DNA of 64,000 nucleotides, from positions 18,662,001 through 18,726,000 of the forward strand of contig NC_043014.1 of the NCBI RefSeq assembly GCF_006345805.1. Reading direction: 5' to 3'. Positions 38,400-52,519 of the stretch are shown one piece after another. Under the pieces are notes generated by a model. It saw only the letters and a program-made list of their open reading frames with translations. It did not search any database and was not told the origin of the DNA. Position numbers and translations under genes: made by a program. Source of the stretch: Octopus sinensis (taxonomy: Eukaryota). Within the stretch, counting starts at the first letter, position 1. Each line of letters starts with the position of its first letter.

Positions 38400-39330
38400 G
38401 ATAGCCGGATCCGTCCTACACGCAAGATGCTGAATGACTCCGACAGGTGCCCATTCACCCGAACAACGGAGCAAATGCCGCTGTACAAGGCAGCGATCCA
38501 ACCACAGAAAACTTAACTGAAACCGGCTGCCCTGAGGACAGCCGCCAAATATTGATGTTCGACACTATCAAAAGCTTTAGGTTCATCTAAATTGATCAGA
38601 GCCCCACCCATACCAGTTTCGTTACCCACCCTCTCTATGATGTAGCGCATAAGATGGAGGTTATCGTGAACACTATTGTCTGGGATGGTGGAAGTTTGTG
38701 CCTTGTCAACCAGTTTGTCCACGACAAGCGCCAACCTCTTGGCTAACAAATTAGCCAAAATCTTCAACTCTGCATTGAGCAGAGTGATGGGCCTGAAATA
38801 CTTTATAAGGTCCCCATTTTTGGGTCCTTTCTCAGCAGTGCCACTACCCTTCGACAGACAAAAGTGAGAAATCTCCCATTTTGCTGCCAGGTGCAGTAGA
38901 CGTTTGCTAAGAGACCCGCAAACAAGTCTGGCATCGAAGTATAAAGCTCATAGAGCAGGCTACCCAAACACAGAGATCCTCCTCTCGTGGCGTCCTGTAT
39001 TTCGGCGGCTATTATCGGCCTTTCGCAGCACTCTGCCTTGCTCGTCGTGGTAGGCCGTCCAGGTAGACACCGAAGTCTGCCCTGTTATCCTTCCTACCAT
39101 TCATCCCGAACAGTCGAGCAAAGTGCCGCTGAAAAGCCGCACACATCTGTTTCGGCTCGAACACCACGCATAGTTTTGATACACCAAAGATCGAATCGTG
39201 GCTTTATTGCCACGTTCCGCCTCCGCCATCGTGGCGCTTAGTGAACCTTTGTTTTTGGTGTCGAAAAATTGTTCAAGGGCTAGTCTGGCCGGCAACACTT
39301 CAGTTGCGATGCCTGTCCGAAGCGTCTCAT
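38400..39330 (-). mobile_element. L1/Tx1-clade LINE RT fragment
   Basis: KILANLLAKRLALVVDKLV..Q...DNLHLMRYII....ALINLDEPKAFDSVEHQYL (RT domains 1-3). Confidence 0.85.
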
Positions 39331-39600
<270 letters not shown>

Positions 39601-40384
39601 ACTCATAAGATATTTATGTCAAATGCCAAAAAATGCCAAAAAATACATAAAGAAAAGGCAATGGTGCTTATAATTCGTGTGAGACTGGACACGATATATA
39701 CATTGTGGGTAGGATAAAATTTAATGAAACATGAAAACATATATAAATTATAGGACGTGCCTGTTCTTTGTCTTTAATATACTCACAATCCGATGGTATG
39801 TACTGTTTTGTAACTCTGTTTTCACGTATCTTGATTATTCTTTCAACAAATGTGAAACCTATAAAGTCCTCCTCTGGCGTTGCCTTCTCACTTATTTTCG
39901 TCTCGATATATTGGGCTTCATTCTTCTTTGAAGTTTCTGATTTATGTTTTTACGTCATATATTATCGCCGTTGGTTTGTCCATATTGGTTTGAAGGTGAA
40001 GAGCTTGTTCATTTGTTTACGTGGCTGGTAGATAGTCGTGGTGTATGTGTCTACTACCGTTTTCACTGACACTGGTGATCTTAAATAACTTTCTTCTCTT
40101 TAACCTGTCTAGATCATCACGGCAAAAATCCTTCAAGCGCATCTTCCTTCCACAAATGTTGGCCATTTTGCTTTGCACCATGAGTTTCATGTCTTTTGCT
40201 TGGGCACTTAAAAGGAAACTCATCATATATGATGAGTTTACTCTCGCTTGAGAGGCCAGTGAGCATGAATTATCCATAAGTATATATGCGCTAGAGCTTG
40301 ATTAAAACCAAGAACATCTTCTGCCTTATAACCATTGAGACAAAACTTCTCCAACAAGACTAGCGTGAAGTCTAACGATAAACG

Positions 40385-40685
40385 TCGCCCTTTTCAAGCC
40401 TAGCCAGGCTCATAGGCCCGGTTTTCCGGTTTCTGTGACGTATGTGTTCCCCCCAGCTGGACGGGACGCCAGATCATCGCAGCGTTACTCAAGAAACAGA
40501 AAGTGTGAGAGAAATTTGGGGCGAAAGAGTACAATAGGGGTCGCCACCACCCACTGCCGGATCCTCGTGGAGCTTTAGGTGTTTTCGCCCAATAAACACA
40601 CACAACACCCGGTCTGGAAATCGAAACCGCGATCATCCGACCACGAGTCCGCTGCTCTAACCACTGGGCCATTGCGCCTCCACAG
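40385..40685 (-). mobile_element. tRNA-derived SINE family C (V-SINE/MetaSINE-like core)
   Basis: Head ggcgcaatggcccagtggttagagcagcggac...gtttcgatt; core ctgcgatgatctggcgtcccgtccag; gaaaccggaaaaccgg. Confidence 0.7.
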
Positions 40686-40904
40686 CAGTTCTAGCTAGTT
40701 GTTAAGGGAGAATCGAAGAGAGAACCTTTCAGTCTGTGGAAATTGTTTTCATGAATGAAGATATTGCAATCTAATCAGTAAAGCTCTTAAAGATAATCAA
40801 ACTTTAAGAAATGCCAACTTGCATCATGAAATTAAATATTAGGTCCTATGCCGTGATTCTGTGTAATGCAAACTCATTGTAAGTAGTGCATAAAATTCAG
40901 TCTG

Positions 40905-41205
40905 GAGGCAATAGGCTTAGTGGTTAGAGCAGCGGACTTGCGGTCGTGGGATCACGGATTCGAATCTCAGACCGGACGATGTGTCTGTTTATGAGCGATA
41001 ACACCTAAGCCCCGCGCGGTTCCGGCAGAAGGTAATGGCGAACTTCTGCTGACACTTTCGCCACAACTTTCTCTCACTCTTTCCTCCTGCACCTAGTAGC
41101 TCACCTGCGACTGACTGGTGTCCCGCCCAGGTGGGTAACCTATACGCCGAGGAAACCGGAAAACCGGCCATTATGAGCCAGGCATGGCTCGAGAAAGAAC
41201 AAACA
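40905..41205 (+). mobile_element. tRNA-derived SINE family C
   Basis: ggcttagtggttagagcagcggac...ggattcgaatc; ctgcgactgactggtgtcccgcccagg. Confidence 0.7.
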
Positions 41206-41675
41206 TAAAATTCATACTTATTATTTCTTACAGATCTTTCAAAAGTGAATCTGTCCTCCTGCAAACAATTTCATTAGCACCCTCAGGGACTGAGTTCTCT
41301 TCCAGTTTAGGCGTCTTCAATTTCCATGCAAACCGTGTATTGAAATGACTATACATAATGTACAAGAGCAGATCTCTAAAGTGAGCAACCGAGTTTGAAC
41401 TTGTCAGTCTTGTGCTTCTTTCCTGGGCAATTATACGTTGCAGTTACCAGAAGTGGGAGTGCTGAGGAATTTAATTATCGAGCCAAAAAAATGTGGTCTA
41501 ACAAGGCTTTATCGAATACATTTATTTCTGCTTGACGTTAACAAGAGAGTCAAATACTATGCAAAATTCTTTGATTTAATTTATGAATGAAGCAAATTTA
41601 TTCAGCACAGATGAAAATCAAATTTCTTGCACACTGCCTGGGTGACAAGTCTGAAGCAACAATATGCACATTGCA

Positions 41676-41719
<44 letters not shown>

Positions 41720-41723
<4 letters not shown>

Positions 41724-41880
41724 ATGGTCTCCTTTCAGCTGTTCTCTTTCAAATCCACTCACAAGTCCTCGCTCCGCCCAAAGTTATAGTAGAAGACACA
41801 TGCCTAAATTGCCACGCGGTGGGATTGAACCGAGTACACTGTGGTTGGGAACCGAGCATCTTACCGCACGGCCACGCCTG
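41720..41880 (-). mobile_element. SINE family A, decayed 5' half
   Basis: tctttcaaatccactcacaag...gggattgaaccgag...gttgggaaccgagc. Confidence 0.6.
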
Positions 41881-41938
41881 CACTTATATATGTAAACAAT
41901 ATATACCCCAGCATGGCTACAGCTTGTGAGCTGAAACT

Positions 41939-41974
<36 letters not shown>

Positions 41975-42174
41975 GAGAGAAAGAGAGAGAGCGAGTGATT
42001 TGTGGTACAACAAGGCACCAATATTCGCTAGAAATAGCAGTCGATACAATTACGACGCTAGTGTAAAGCCTCACTGTGTATATACTGGCAAAGATGTGTG
42101 AGTGCAACAAACATGAAACATTTGTCTTACCTCTAGGAAGAACATTCGATAAATGGACAACCCAGAATCGGATA

Positions 42175-42245
42175 ATGCAGGACCGGTTTCTGACTCTTCA
42201 AATACGTTTGTTATGGTAAATGTGATCACATTTCATCAGATGCAT
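42175..42245 (-). ncRNA. Decayed hammerhead-like motif
   Basis: atgca(t) CTGATGA [42 nt] GAAAC CG GTC ctgcat. The stem II closing pair is unclear. Confidence 0.3.
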
Positions 42246-42485
42246 GTACCTAGACAATATTTCAAATGTTACCACATCAATGGCAGTATACTCGCCTGAA
42301 CGCTTAGCCGCTAACAGAACGAGAACAGTGAAAAACTCGTAATTGTATCGACTGCTATTTCCAGTGAATATTGTACCACTAATCTACATTTACATTTGTA
42401 CTTCTACATTTACGGTGCTTTAATTTACAGGAAAGTAATACATTTGTATTGCAATATTTTATTTTTCATTGAAAATCTATCTATC

Positions 42486-42567
<82 letters not shown>

Positions 42568-42568
42568 G

Positions 42569-42690
<122 letters not shown>

Positions 42691-43394
42691 CATGTATATG
42701 TATATATATGCTTATATACGTAAATATATATTTCACACATACACATACATCATTATTATAATTAAAATTATATATATATATATATGTGTATGTTTTCAAT
42801 GTGTACAAATAACAAGGAAAAAATAAATAGTTGCCAGGGTAGCAAAAATTCACGTGACAAAGATATTATATTCTACTTATAAAGGTAGAAATTCAAGGGT
42901 TCACTGAAATATTTTTGTATGACAAGAATAAATTAAGTAATGTAGTCAAACGCAGTTGTTATTCAAATCATTTATACTTCTAACAAATATTTCGAAAAAA
43001 GCATTGAGATTATTCCGGAGGGAATAAAAAGTGGTGTAAAACAATACAATCATCTCATCAGGGTATACCACCGTATATGATGAAGGGGAACGCTAGCAAT
43101 TATTTTTTAAAAATAACCGTTGGTAGATTTAATGTCAAAGGTAATGCAGAGAAAGAGAAGGAGGAGAAAGAAAGAGATTGACAGAAAATTAAGAGTGGAA
43201 ACATATAGTGTGATAGATGAATGTGAATTAAGTTTAAAAGCGTGGAAATAGATATATGCAGTGGAAATTAAATGTAAGACGACAGTCAAGGTCGAATTTT
43301 ATAGATTGGTAGAAATATCTTATAGGAACTAAAGGTATGTTTTTGCCAATATTTACAACGATGAACGCGTTCTTTAAACGCGTTCACAAGAATA

Positions 43395-43905
43395 TTCTTG
43401 TGCATATATCAGGTTCTCCGAAGCACATGTGAAGTTGCTTTCCACTGTGAAACGTTGCCCCTGTTTGAAGGAGAACTCTGATCTCACAATTAAATTGACG
43501 CATACCCCACAATTGTTTCTTCCGCATTTTTCTACTTACGGCTTCAGTGTTATTGTTGTGCATATTCAGTCTCGTGCTAGTAGGCTTTTCATAGATTTGG
43601 GCTGTCTCTTGCTTCTTATGATGGTGTGTATTTTGAGGATTAAGTTCATTCTGTGGTCCTTTTTTTAGTAGGGTAATGTTTTGAAGGATGGTGTCAAAGG
43701 CTTCAGTGGTAAGATGGTTGTGTGTGGAGATGTATGGTAGGTCTTTTGGTTGTAAATCTTTCTTTAATTTGGGGTGTCTGAGTTCGTGGATGTTGAGTTG
43801 TAGGACACGTTGAAAGCATATGTCAATTAGTGAAGGTGGGTAGTTCCTGGTGATGAGTGTATCATTTAGTTCATGTAGACGTGTGTGACTGGTGCTTGCA
43901 TTAGA
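43395..43905 (-). mobile_element. PLE fragment: RT C-terminus, linker and start of GIY-YIG region
   Basis: RLHELNDTLITRNYPPSLID...LPYISTHN...SKRQPKSMKSLL; KCGRNNCGVC...NFTCASENLIY. Confidence 0.85.
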
Positions 43906-43916
43906 AACTATAGTAC

Positions 43917-44262
43917 ACTAGCAGTATCGCCCGGCGTTGCTCGGGTTTGTTTCGACCCGCTGGAATTGGAATTTTTGAAAAGTAAAAAGTTTGCATTATG
44001 TAGCTTGTTATTCTCTTCAAGCGAACATTTTTCTGGTTGAAATACACCGAAAAGTGGCGACACAGCAGTGAAAAAATCGTAAAAAATTGGGATTTTCATA
44101 GAAAAAAAGCACCTTTTTGATGTAAATAATTTTTGGTGTTAACATGGTCCGATTTGAAATTTATCTTCTACGGAAGGAAGAGCAACCCTTCTATCATACT
44201 CTCAATTTTGGTAAACTTGCGCCGCAGCGTCTCAGAGGAGATAGTGTTAGTTGAAGGTTACC
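43917..44262 (+). mobile_element. Helitron/HINE (DINE-1-like) non-autonomous element
   Basis: Terminus actagcagtatcgcccggcgttgctcggg with cccg/cggg hairpin. Confidence 0.5.
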
Positions 44263-44276
44263 AAAACTCCAAGCTG

Positions 44277-44580
44277 TTTCATCTAGAGTGAGAATCATGT
44301 ATTACAATAGCTTGAGATTCAAGGTCCCACAGTATATTTAACGCCTTGTCGAAACATCTGAGGGATTTCTATGGAGTGGGAGTAGATATTTTCAAAAAAC
44401 AACTTGACCTTCAGCAATCCATTGTCCCAGATGAACCAATATCAAAGCAGGAAACGCAAAATTAGGCAGCAGTGTCGAACTCTCTCCTTCACCAAAAATC
44501 CAAGCACATAAGATTGACTATTTAAAAGGTGGTAACACTTGCGGTGCCCCGGCATGACCACACTTTAGGAATGAAACATG
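44277..44580 (+). mobile_element. CR1-like LINE 3' end
   Basis: SRVRIMYYNSLRF...NALSKHLRDFYGVGVDIFKKQLD...VPDEP; 3' tail ggtgccccggcatgaccac...tgaaac. Confidence 0.65.
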
Positions 44581-44907
44581 TCTTGCAAACAACTTGCACA
44601 TGCAAGTGCTAACAGTTGCGAATTCTGCATACCGGAAGTCAGAAAATGTATGGGGTCATCAGGAGAGAATGCGCGCATTTTCGGGACCAACCTCTCGACA
44701 ACATCAATGCGCACTGGTCCTCTCACCGATATGAGGCACCGCTTACTAGATCAACTGATTATGAAATATAGCTCAATATTTCTCTAGCCATCGCTCATCG
44801 TCCCTTTTTAACCAAATCTAGCGGCTAGCCTTCTCCACTCTATGTTGGATATCGGTCATGGTGGTATTTACCTTACGATGAGTCATATATATATATATAT
44901 ACAGTCA

Positions 44908-44976
<69 letters not shown>

Positions 44977-45381
44977 AATACGTTCTTATGCATAATAAGT
45001 CCATACCGTACACATATTGTTTGTCCTCAAAGAAACCTGACTGAGCAAAACAATGAATATCGTATATGTGTGCATATATATGTGTGTACGTGTGTGCATG
45101 TATGTGTTCATATATGTGTTTGCGTACGCACGCGTGTGTGTATGTGTGTTTTTGCAAGAGTTTCTATATTCAATATAACATGAATTGACAAATAAATGTA
45201 CAGCCAGCTTCACTATAGTCTAACTTCCAAATCTCTCTTACTTTCTATCCCATTCTCCTCTCTCTGTCTCGCTCACTCGCTCTCCCACCTCTCTATCTCA
45301 GTCTATTTCGGCCGGCACCATATTACCCCATACGACTAGTCAGCATTCAGTCCACATCAAACAATATAACAAAACCACAAC

Positions 45382-45522
45382 ATGGACACAACTCAGTGGC
45401 TGGAAACAGTAAAACCGCCAAACATTAAAAGCGCAAAAACTAATAAAAAAAGAAACGCGGATGGTGTTGGTCGCTGTGGTGTTCTAATTTTATGGATATT
45501 GTTCGTTTTGGTGTTTAGATAA
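45382..45522 (+). CDS. Candidate 46-aa small ORF with a C-terminal hydrophobic segment
   Basis: caacATGG context; MDTTQWLETVKPPNIKSAKTNKKRNADGVGRCGVLILWILFVLVFR*. Confidence 0.2.
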   Translation: MDTTQWLETVKPPNIKSAKTNKKRNADGVGRCGVLILWILFVLVFR

Positions 45523-46206
45523 CCAAATTTATCATTTGTGTGGGAGAGACTTTTATTGTTTCTCGTTTAATACATCGTTTCAACGTAGCGCGCTTTATAT
45601 CATTTCCTTTCCCTCTAACACATACCCTAATACTTTGCCTATCTTTCTCACACAAACCTAACCTTCTATTTTCTGTCTCACTCTCACTATTACTCATTCA
45701 CTCTCTGTATATCACATGTACATACTATCTCACTGTCTCTTTTATTCTCCTGCTCTCTAACTTTCTTTACTCTCTCACGTACACACCTCATTTTCTCGAT
45801 CGCTTCTTTTATATATTTTCTCTCGTTTCTTGTTTCATACCCTCTTCTTTCTTTATTTCTCTACTCTTCTCTCTGTCTCTCACGGTTAATTTTCCTATCG
45901 CACATATAAAGATAGCGATTTGACTGGTTCCACCGCTCTCTATTTCTCCGTCTCTCTCTTTCTGTTTCTCTTTTTTTTTTCTCGTAGTTTCCTTTCTATT
46001 CTTGTCACATATTCTGCTTACTACTCTCTATGCTTCGCTTCCTGACACACACAATCGTATATGTATTCATATACACACAGACTCACATAATCAGACATAG
46101 ATAAATGCATACATATATGTATATATGATATTAATATATTTATGTATGAATATATATATATACATACACATACATACATACATACATACATACATACATA
46201 CATACA

Positions 46207-46242
<36 letters not shown>

Positions 46243-46424
46243 TATATATATTGATAAATATAATATTTATATAAATATAATATTGATAAATATAATATTT
46301 GTATAAAAGATATCGCTATATATTATATAGAAATAGACGACACAAACAGAAAGGCAGACAGACAGAAAGATAGATAGATAGGTAGATAGATAGATATATA
46401 GATAGATAGATAAATTGATTGATT

Positions 46425-46508
<84 letters not shown>

Positions 46509-46554
46509 CATAGATAGATAGATAAATTGATAGATAGACAGATAGATAGACAAC

Positions 46555-46624
<70 letters not shown>

Positions 46625-47379
46625 CTTTCTTTCGTAAGATTCTTGAAGTGAAACCCTGTGCTGCCAAAGTTATTGTTGCATTTCGGGAAGGTCATTCTGT
46701 CAATAAAATCAAAAGTTATAATTCATTTCTTTATTAATTGATTGATTTATCAGACTTTCACTGCATGTCTAGTTGTCCACTGACTTATCCTAACTTCTCT
46801 CTTATCTGACTGTCTACGTTTATGTATTTCAAAAGGTACTGATGAAGGTGGCGGCGGCGGTGGTGACAGCTTTGAGGATGGTGAGCAAATGCGTACAAGT
46901 ATGTGTATGCATTTGTATACATTTATGATTTCAGTACCGCAAACATCACAGTGGAAAAACACCACAACCTACTTATTACAAAACTCTGACTTTTCTACTT
47001 CTTGACCAATTAATCATAAATACCTTCCGAAACTATCATTTTATTATTGTTTCCTTTCATGACAACACTACTCGCCAATATTACATTGTTTTCATTGAAA
47101 TTTTCTTTAAGTTAGAATACCACCAACTCACTACATTTAAGGAACTGTAAGAGTAACTCCTGCTTCTCACAGGAATGGAAAATCATTTTCCAAGTATATT
47201 TGGTCCTCGAAAGAAAAGGTCTACCACCTGTAAAACATTCTTGTCAATATTCAGGTTTGCTTCAACAAGCACACAAAGTATTCCCCGAAAAAGGAACAAA
47301 AGAAAAAATGTAATGTTGGCTCTGGAAATATCTCAGGCTTCTTCCATTTTATCGTTTATCTTTTTTTTATGTTTTACAT

Positions 47380-47710
47380 GTTTCAGTTATTGGATAGTGG
47401 CCATGCTGGGGCACACATTTGAAGTACTTTAGTAAACAAATCGACTCCCTTTACGTACATTTTAAGTTTGATTCTTAAATACCGGCTCCTTTATAAACTA
47501 CTAAGTTACAGGGATGTAAACAGACTAACACTAGTCATCAAAGGGTGGCTGAGGTCAGTAAAAGCACACGACAAGATTCTTTCATATTCCGTGAACTAAA
47601 TCCACTCACAAGGCTTTAATTGGCTTGTGAATATAGTAGAATGCGGTTGCCTTGGTGTCTGCGTCGTGGGACCAAACAGCCCACACCATGTGGTTAGGAA
47701 AAAATTTTTT
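47380..47710 (-). mobile_element. SINE family A, decayed
   Basis: tttcagttattggatagtggccatgctggggcac...aatccactcacaaggcttt. Confidence 0.6.
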
Positions 47711-48021
47711 CCAGCACATAAGTACGAGGCTTAATAAAAATAATTATTGCTGTCAATTCGTTTGATTAAATTTCTCTAAGGCGGCACCTGAGCATGCCGC
47801 AGTCTAAACGATGAAGCAAGTAGAAAATAGAAGATAAATATCTACTGTCATACTACGAGATTTGTGTTTTGAAATTTTATAACATGAAATATATTTATAA
47901 GATAATATATACATACTACATACATACATACATACATACATACATACATACATACATACATACATACACACACAAACACACACACACATATATATGTATA
48001 TATATACATATATATATAGTG

Positions 48022-48340
48022 GAGTGGCTGTGTGGTAAGTAGCTTGCTTACCAACCACATGGTTCCGGGTTCGGACACACTGCGTGACACCTTAGGCAAG
48101 TGCCTTCTACTATAGCCTCGGGCCGACCAAAGCCTTGTGAGTGGATTTTGTAGACGGAAACTGAAGGAAGCCCGTCGTATATATGTATATATATGTCTAT
48201 GTATATGCTTGTGTGTCGGTGTTTGGTCCACCCCAACATCGCTTGTCAATCGATTGTGGTGTGTTTACGTCCCCGTAACTTAGCGGTTCGGCAAAAGAGA
48301 CCGATAGAATAAGTACTAGGCCTACAAAGAATAAGTCCCA
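48022..48340 (+). mobile_element. SINE family A
   Basis: ggagtggctgtgtggtaagtagcttgcttaccaaccacatggttccgggttc... Confidence 0.9.
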
Positions 48341-49064
48341 CCTCAACAAGTCAATTTTCTCCTCATGAATGATATATAGTTCTTTATATCTTCTGAAACA
48401 ATAATATCTTTCTCAGATATATATATATCTTTCTCATATATATATATATATTCAAGCGAATTAATAGAGTATTGTATAAGATGTAAAGTAAATATCTTTA
48501 TTGTTGCATAATTTTAGAGCTTCACACATTATAAATTTCTAAAAATTCTCCTACGATTTGATTGCTTTGCATTACTCTATGATTTATACACGGATATATT
48601 TTGATTCGTCCATTATATCATAACGTATTTCTGTATAGAAAACATTTTTTCGGTACTAGTGCAAAACGAGTCAATTTTCTCCTCATGAATGATATATAGT
48701 TTTTATATCTTCTGAAACAATAATATCTTTCTCATATTTCCCATTAACCAACCAGTGTTCGTTACTTTATTTCAAAGCATTCAAAATAAAATTTTAAATA
48801 TTAAATTGTATATTCCGTTTTTTCACAATCTCTTGAAAATTAGCACCGATAAATTCGGAGTGACAATTTGTAAAGATTCAGCTTCCAATAATATCATAGA
48901 CAAACACGCACACACCCACATGCACACACACCCACACACACACACACACACACACACATGTATATATGTATATGTATATATATGCATACATATATATATA
49001 TGTGTGTGTATTTATACATATATATATATATGTGTGTATGTATACATATATGCATGTGCATATA

Positions 49065-49158
<94 letters not shown>

Positions 49159-49180
49159 TATATTATATATATATATACAT

Positions 49181-49211
<31 letters not shown>

Positions 49212-49421
49212 CAATGTATACTATGTATATCTGTATAAAAGATGCGAATATACATATTAGAAGACGCTTCTTATAATTATGGCTAATGTTATCAAGCAGT
49301 TATTATTACCAAAATGTTTCAACCAACAGTGATCACAGTAACCGATTTGTACTAAGCACACAGATACACGTAATTACACACACACATATACACATATATA
49401 TAAATATACATATACATATAC

Positions 49422-49452
<31 letters not shown>

Positions 49453-49834
49453 CCAGCGTGAGTATGTATGTGTATAATCAATATACTGTAGCCATTATCG
49501 ATCTCTTTTACAAAACTCAATTCTCGAACTATCTTTATCGATCAATTAATATCGATTTGTTTGATAGACTACAGCATAACGTGATAAATATAAAAATAAA
49601 AGAAAAAAATAACATCACACAGAAGCGGCAAATTTTTGTTGTTTTTCATAAACAACAGTATTTTCTTTGTTTTCTTTGTTATTTTTTGTTCGTTTTGTGT
49701 CATTACCAATGCAGTGGATTGCAGAATTGGTTGAACGCTTGTCTTGCATTATTTTACTCCGTCTTTTGATCTTGGTGATGGTGTCTAACCTGACGTACCC
49801 CTGATCCAGTAGACATATTTTTTCATCTTTTTTC

Positions 49835-50150
49835 TTTTTACTTGTATCAGCCATTTGACTACGGTCATGCTGGGGCACCTGTTGGAATGGTTTACGCTAG
49901 CAAACCATCTCCGATACTTATTTTTAAATCTGGTTCTTAGTATGTTGCTTTCCATTGCTGAACTACTAAGTTATGGGAGACATACGCAAGCCAACACCGT
50001 TTAACGGTGTATGGAAACAAACACACACCTTCATGCTGTTTCTCTCTAACAGATTCACTCACAAGACACAGGTCTATCTGACGCAATGGTAGAAGATACG
50101 TTAACAAGTTACCGTGGTATAGGACTGAACCTAAAACCACGTGCTTGCTA
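49835..50150 (-). mobile_element. SINE family A, decayed
   Basis: catttgactacggtcatgctggggcac... Confidence 0.55.
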
Positions 50151-50905
50151 AGTCATACCTGGGCTTGATTAGCGTGGTTTCAACCGTGTCTCTCACAGCT
50201 TGTTTCAGTTGTAGTGTACATTGCACTAATTTTTTTCAACGTAAGTTCACTGAATAAATTTCAATAGTCAGCAATTAAAGTGTTTTGTTTTATTTCCCCG
50301 ATATAGTATATACATAATTCCATTTCCCAGAGTTCTCTTTCTTTTTATTTCGTCCCCAGTTAACTCTAATACAACAGGCGTCATAAATGGTGTAAGATCA
50401 AATTTTTGTTATTGGTTCTTTTTTAAATTAATAGTGGGTCTAATTTCAGGAAAATTTTACTGCCATTTCTAGCAGGTCGAATGAACACTTATAAACTCTT
50501 ATTTTGGAATATCATGGTGGCATTCTAGTTATTGTTACCATTGTGTCATTTATTATGCTCGGATAATGAGAGGAAGTATAAACATGGGCTCCACCAATAC
50601 CGCACATGTTTTCACCCGAACATTGTATATCTAATACTCTACTTCAGACGAGAAACGCATTACAATACGTTTCTTGAGTGGGAATCAAGGCTGGGAGTTG
50701 ATAAGGACATAGTGCTGAGTTGCAGTGATTTTCTAACGTAACGGTATCTGCAGTAGTTTTGAGTCCTATACTCGTTGGAGATCGTATGTAATCCCATTCT
50801 ATCTCATGATTCGCATGGAACTACTGATATAAAAAGAGTTTAGCAATATAATATTTTTTTCGGAACAGTTCAACTTTATTGCTAAAACAAACTACCATTA
50901 CAGAA

Positions 50906-51365
50906 AGGCGGCGAGCTGGCAGAAACGTTAGCACGCCGGGTGAAATGATTAGCGGCATTTCGTCTGCCGTTACACTCTGAGTTCAAATTCCGCCGAGGTC
51001 GACTTTGCCTTTCATCCTTTCGCAGTCGATAAATTAAGTACCAGTTACGCACTGGGGCCGATGTAATCGACTTATTCCGTTTGTCTGTCCTTGTTTGTCC
51101 TCTCTGTGTGTAGCCCCTTGTGGGTAGTAAAGAAATAGGTATTTCGTCTGCCGTTACGTTCTGAGTTCAAATTCCGCCGAGGTCAACTTTGCCTTTCATC
51201 CTTTCGCAGTCGATAAATTAAGTACCAGTTACGCACTGGGGCCGATGTAATCGACTTAATCCGTTTGTCTGTCCTTGTTTGTCCTCTCTGTGTTTAGTCC
51301 CTTGTAAGTAGTAAAGAAATAGGCATTTCGTCTGTTTTAACTTTGTGCCTAGAGTAGAAAAGAAA
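50906..51365 (+). mobile_element. SINE family B with the 184-bp body duplicated
   Basis: The body restarts at 50957, 51141 and 51325. Confidence 0.9.
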
Positions 51366-51559
51366 CTACCACACAGGCATACAGAATGAATGAAAGAAAG
51401 ACAAAATGCCTTTTGGTCCTTAATTACAACTTTTTGCATTCCTAGTTGAAATCCAGCCAAGACTGAGGTTGAGACATATGTAAAGATTCTTGGATAATGA
51501 GCAGGTTTCATTTATTTGTCTGAAAAGTTTTCTTTCAGATCATGTCTTTGACAGAATTT

Positions 51560-52030
51560 CAGCCCTGGAGCGAGTATATAGCCTACATTACATGCTTGAC
51601 ATATGGAATGTTGTCAAGCTCTCACAGTTCTCTGGTCGCATGATACGATGGTTAATATGTCAAAACATGTACAGTGTAAGCGATTGTAAGAGGGGCATTC
51701 GACGAAGGTCAATGTAACGGCCTACTGCAGAGAACTTTTAACCAGGGACTATTGACAGCTTTCAGAAATCCTTAATGCGGTAGTGCTACCGTTTCATAAT
51801 ATTACTTCGGGATTAACTATACAGGCATGCAAGTGCCATCACCAGTGTCTGTGTCAGAAGCATACCGAGTGACCACAAGATTCTGAATGAATACGTTCGG
51901 TGCTTAAACCTTGCTAAATCATGGAGTTGTGCCAAGCGCTTATTGTGTTTAAGACAAGTGGCCATGGTCATCTTGCCATATTCCTGTAGCAATAAAGGAC
52001 AGCCAGTATCTTCTACAGAGAACACTGCTA
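51560..52030 (-). mobile_element. Possible RTE LINE relic
   Basis: Weak motif match: IAYTVHVLTY and LTTFHM versus RTE VYxAxVLSTLLY and LNTFHM. Confidence 0.25.
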
Positions 52031-52519
52031 AACGGTCAACAAAGTTGAAAATATAAATGAGAAGTAACTAATATGTCTTCACCTTCAACTTCCATTTACA
52101 AAGGTGAACATCAAGAGGAAGAAACTGTATTCAAGAGAAGTGACTGAAAGAGAGGAGACAGTGGCAAGAATGGCCTTACTTTTAGCATAGTCTTATAGAC
52201 AGGAGAACACAGTTTGGTAGTCTAGGTAATTAGCGATAGCTGGGTCCCTGATTTATTCTTGAAAGGTGTCCACCTTAGGGCTTTCAGCTTTCATACACTC
52301 CATTATAATTTGAAGTTATATGTTCATCAGCTGCCATACTTGCATTAAATTAAGGAAGGACCATCATTATCACGCTACTTTGTTTCGTTCTTTGATTGTT
52401 TGTTTATTTGTCTGTCTGTCTGTTTGTTTGTTCATTTCTGTCTTTCATTTTTCTATTTTTCCTTTTTCTGCTTCTATCTATCTTCCTTTTTTCTGCTTCT
52501 ATCTATCTTCCTTTTTTCT

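Noticed and set aside
39700-40300. Minus-strand open frames and a 72-nt exon-like piece with a GTGAGT donor
   Set aside because: No identifiable homology; could be a LINE remnant or chance.
40905-40980. tRNA-like sequences at SINE heads
   Set aside because: A/B boxes are present, but there is no complete cloverleaf or acceptor stem and they run directly into SINE bodies.
42975-43070. Minus-strand CTGATGA...GAAA near a PLE relic
   Set aside because: No stem I or stem III pairing could be built.
48350-48740. ~70-bp direct repeat about 320 bp apart
   Set aside because: Small local duplication around (TA)n with no further structure.
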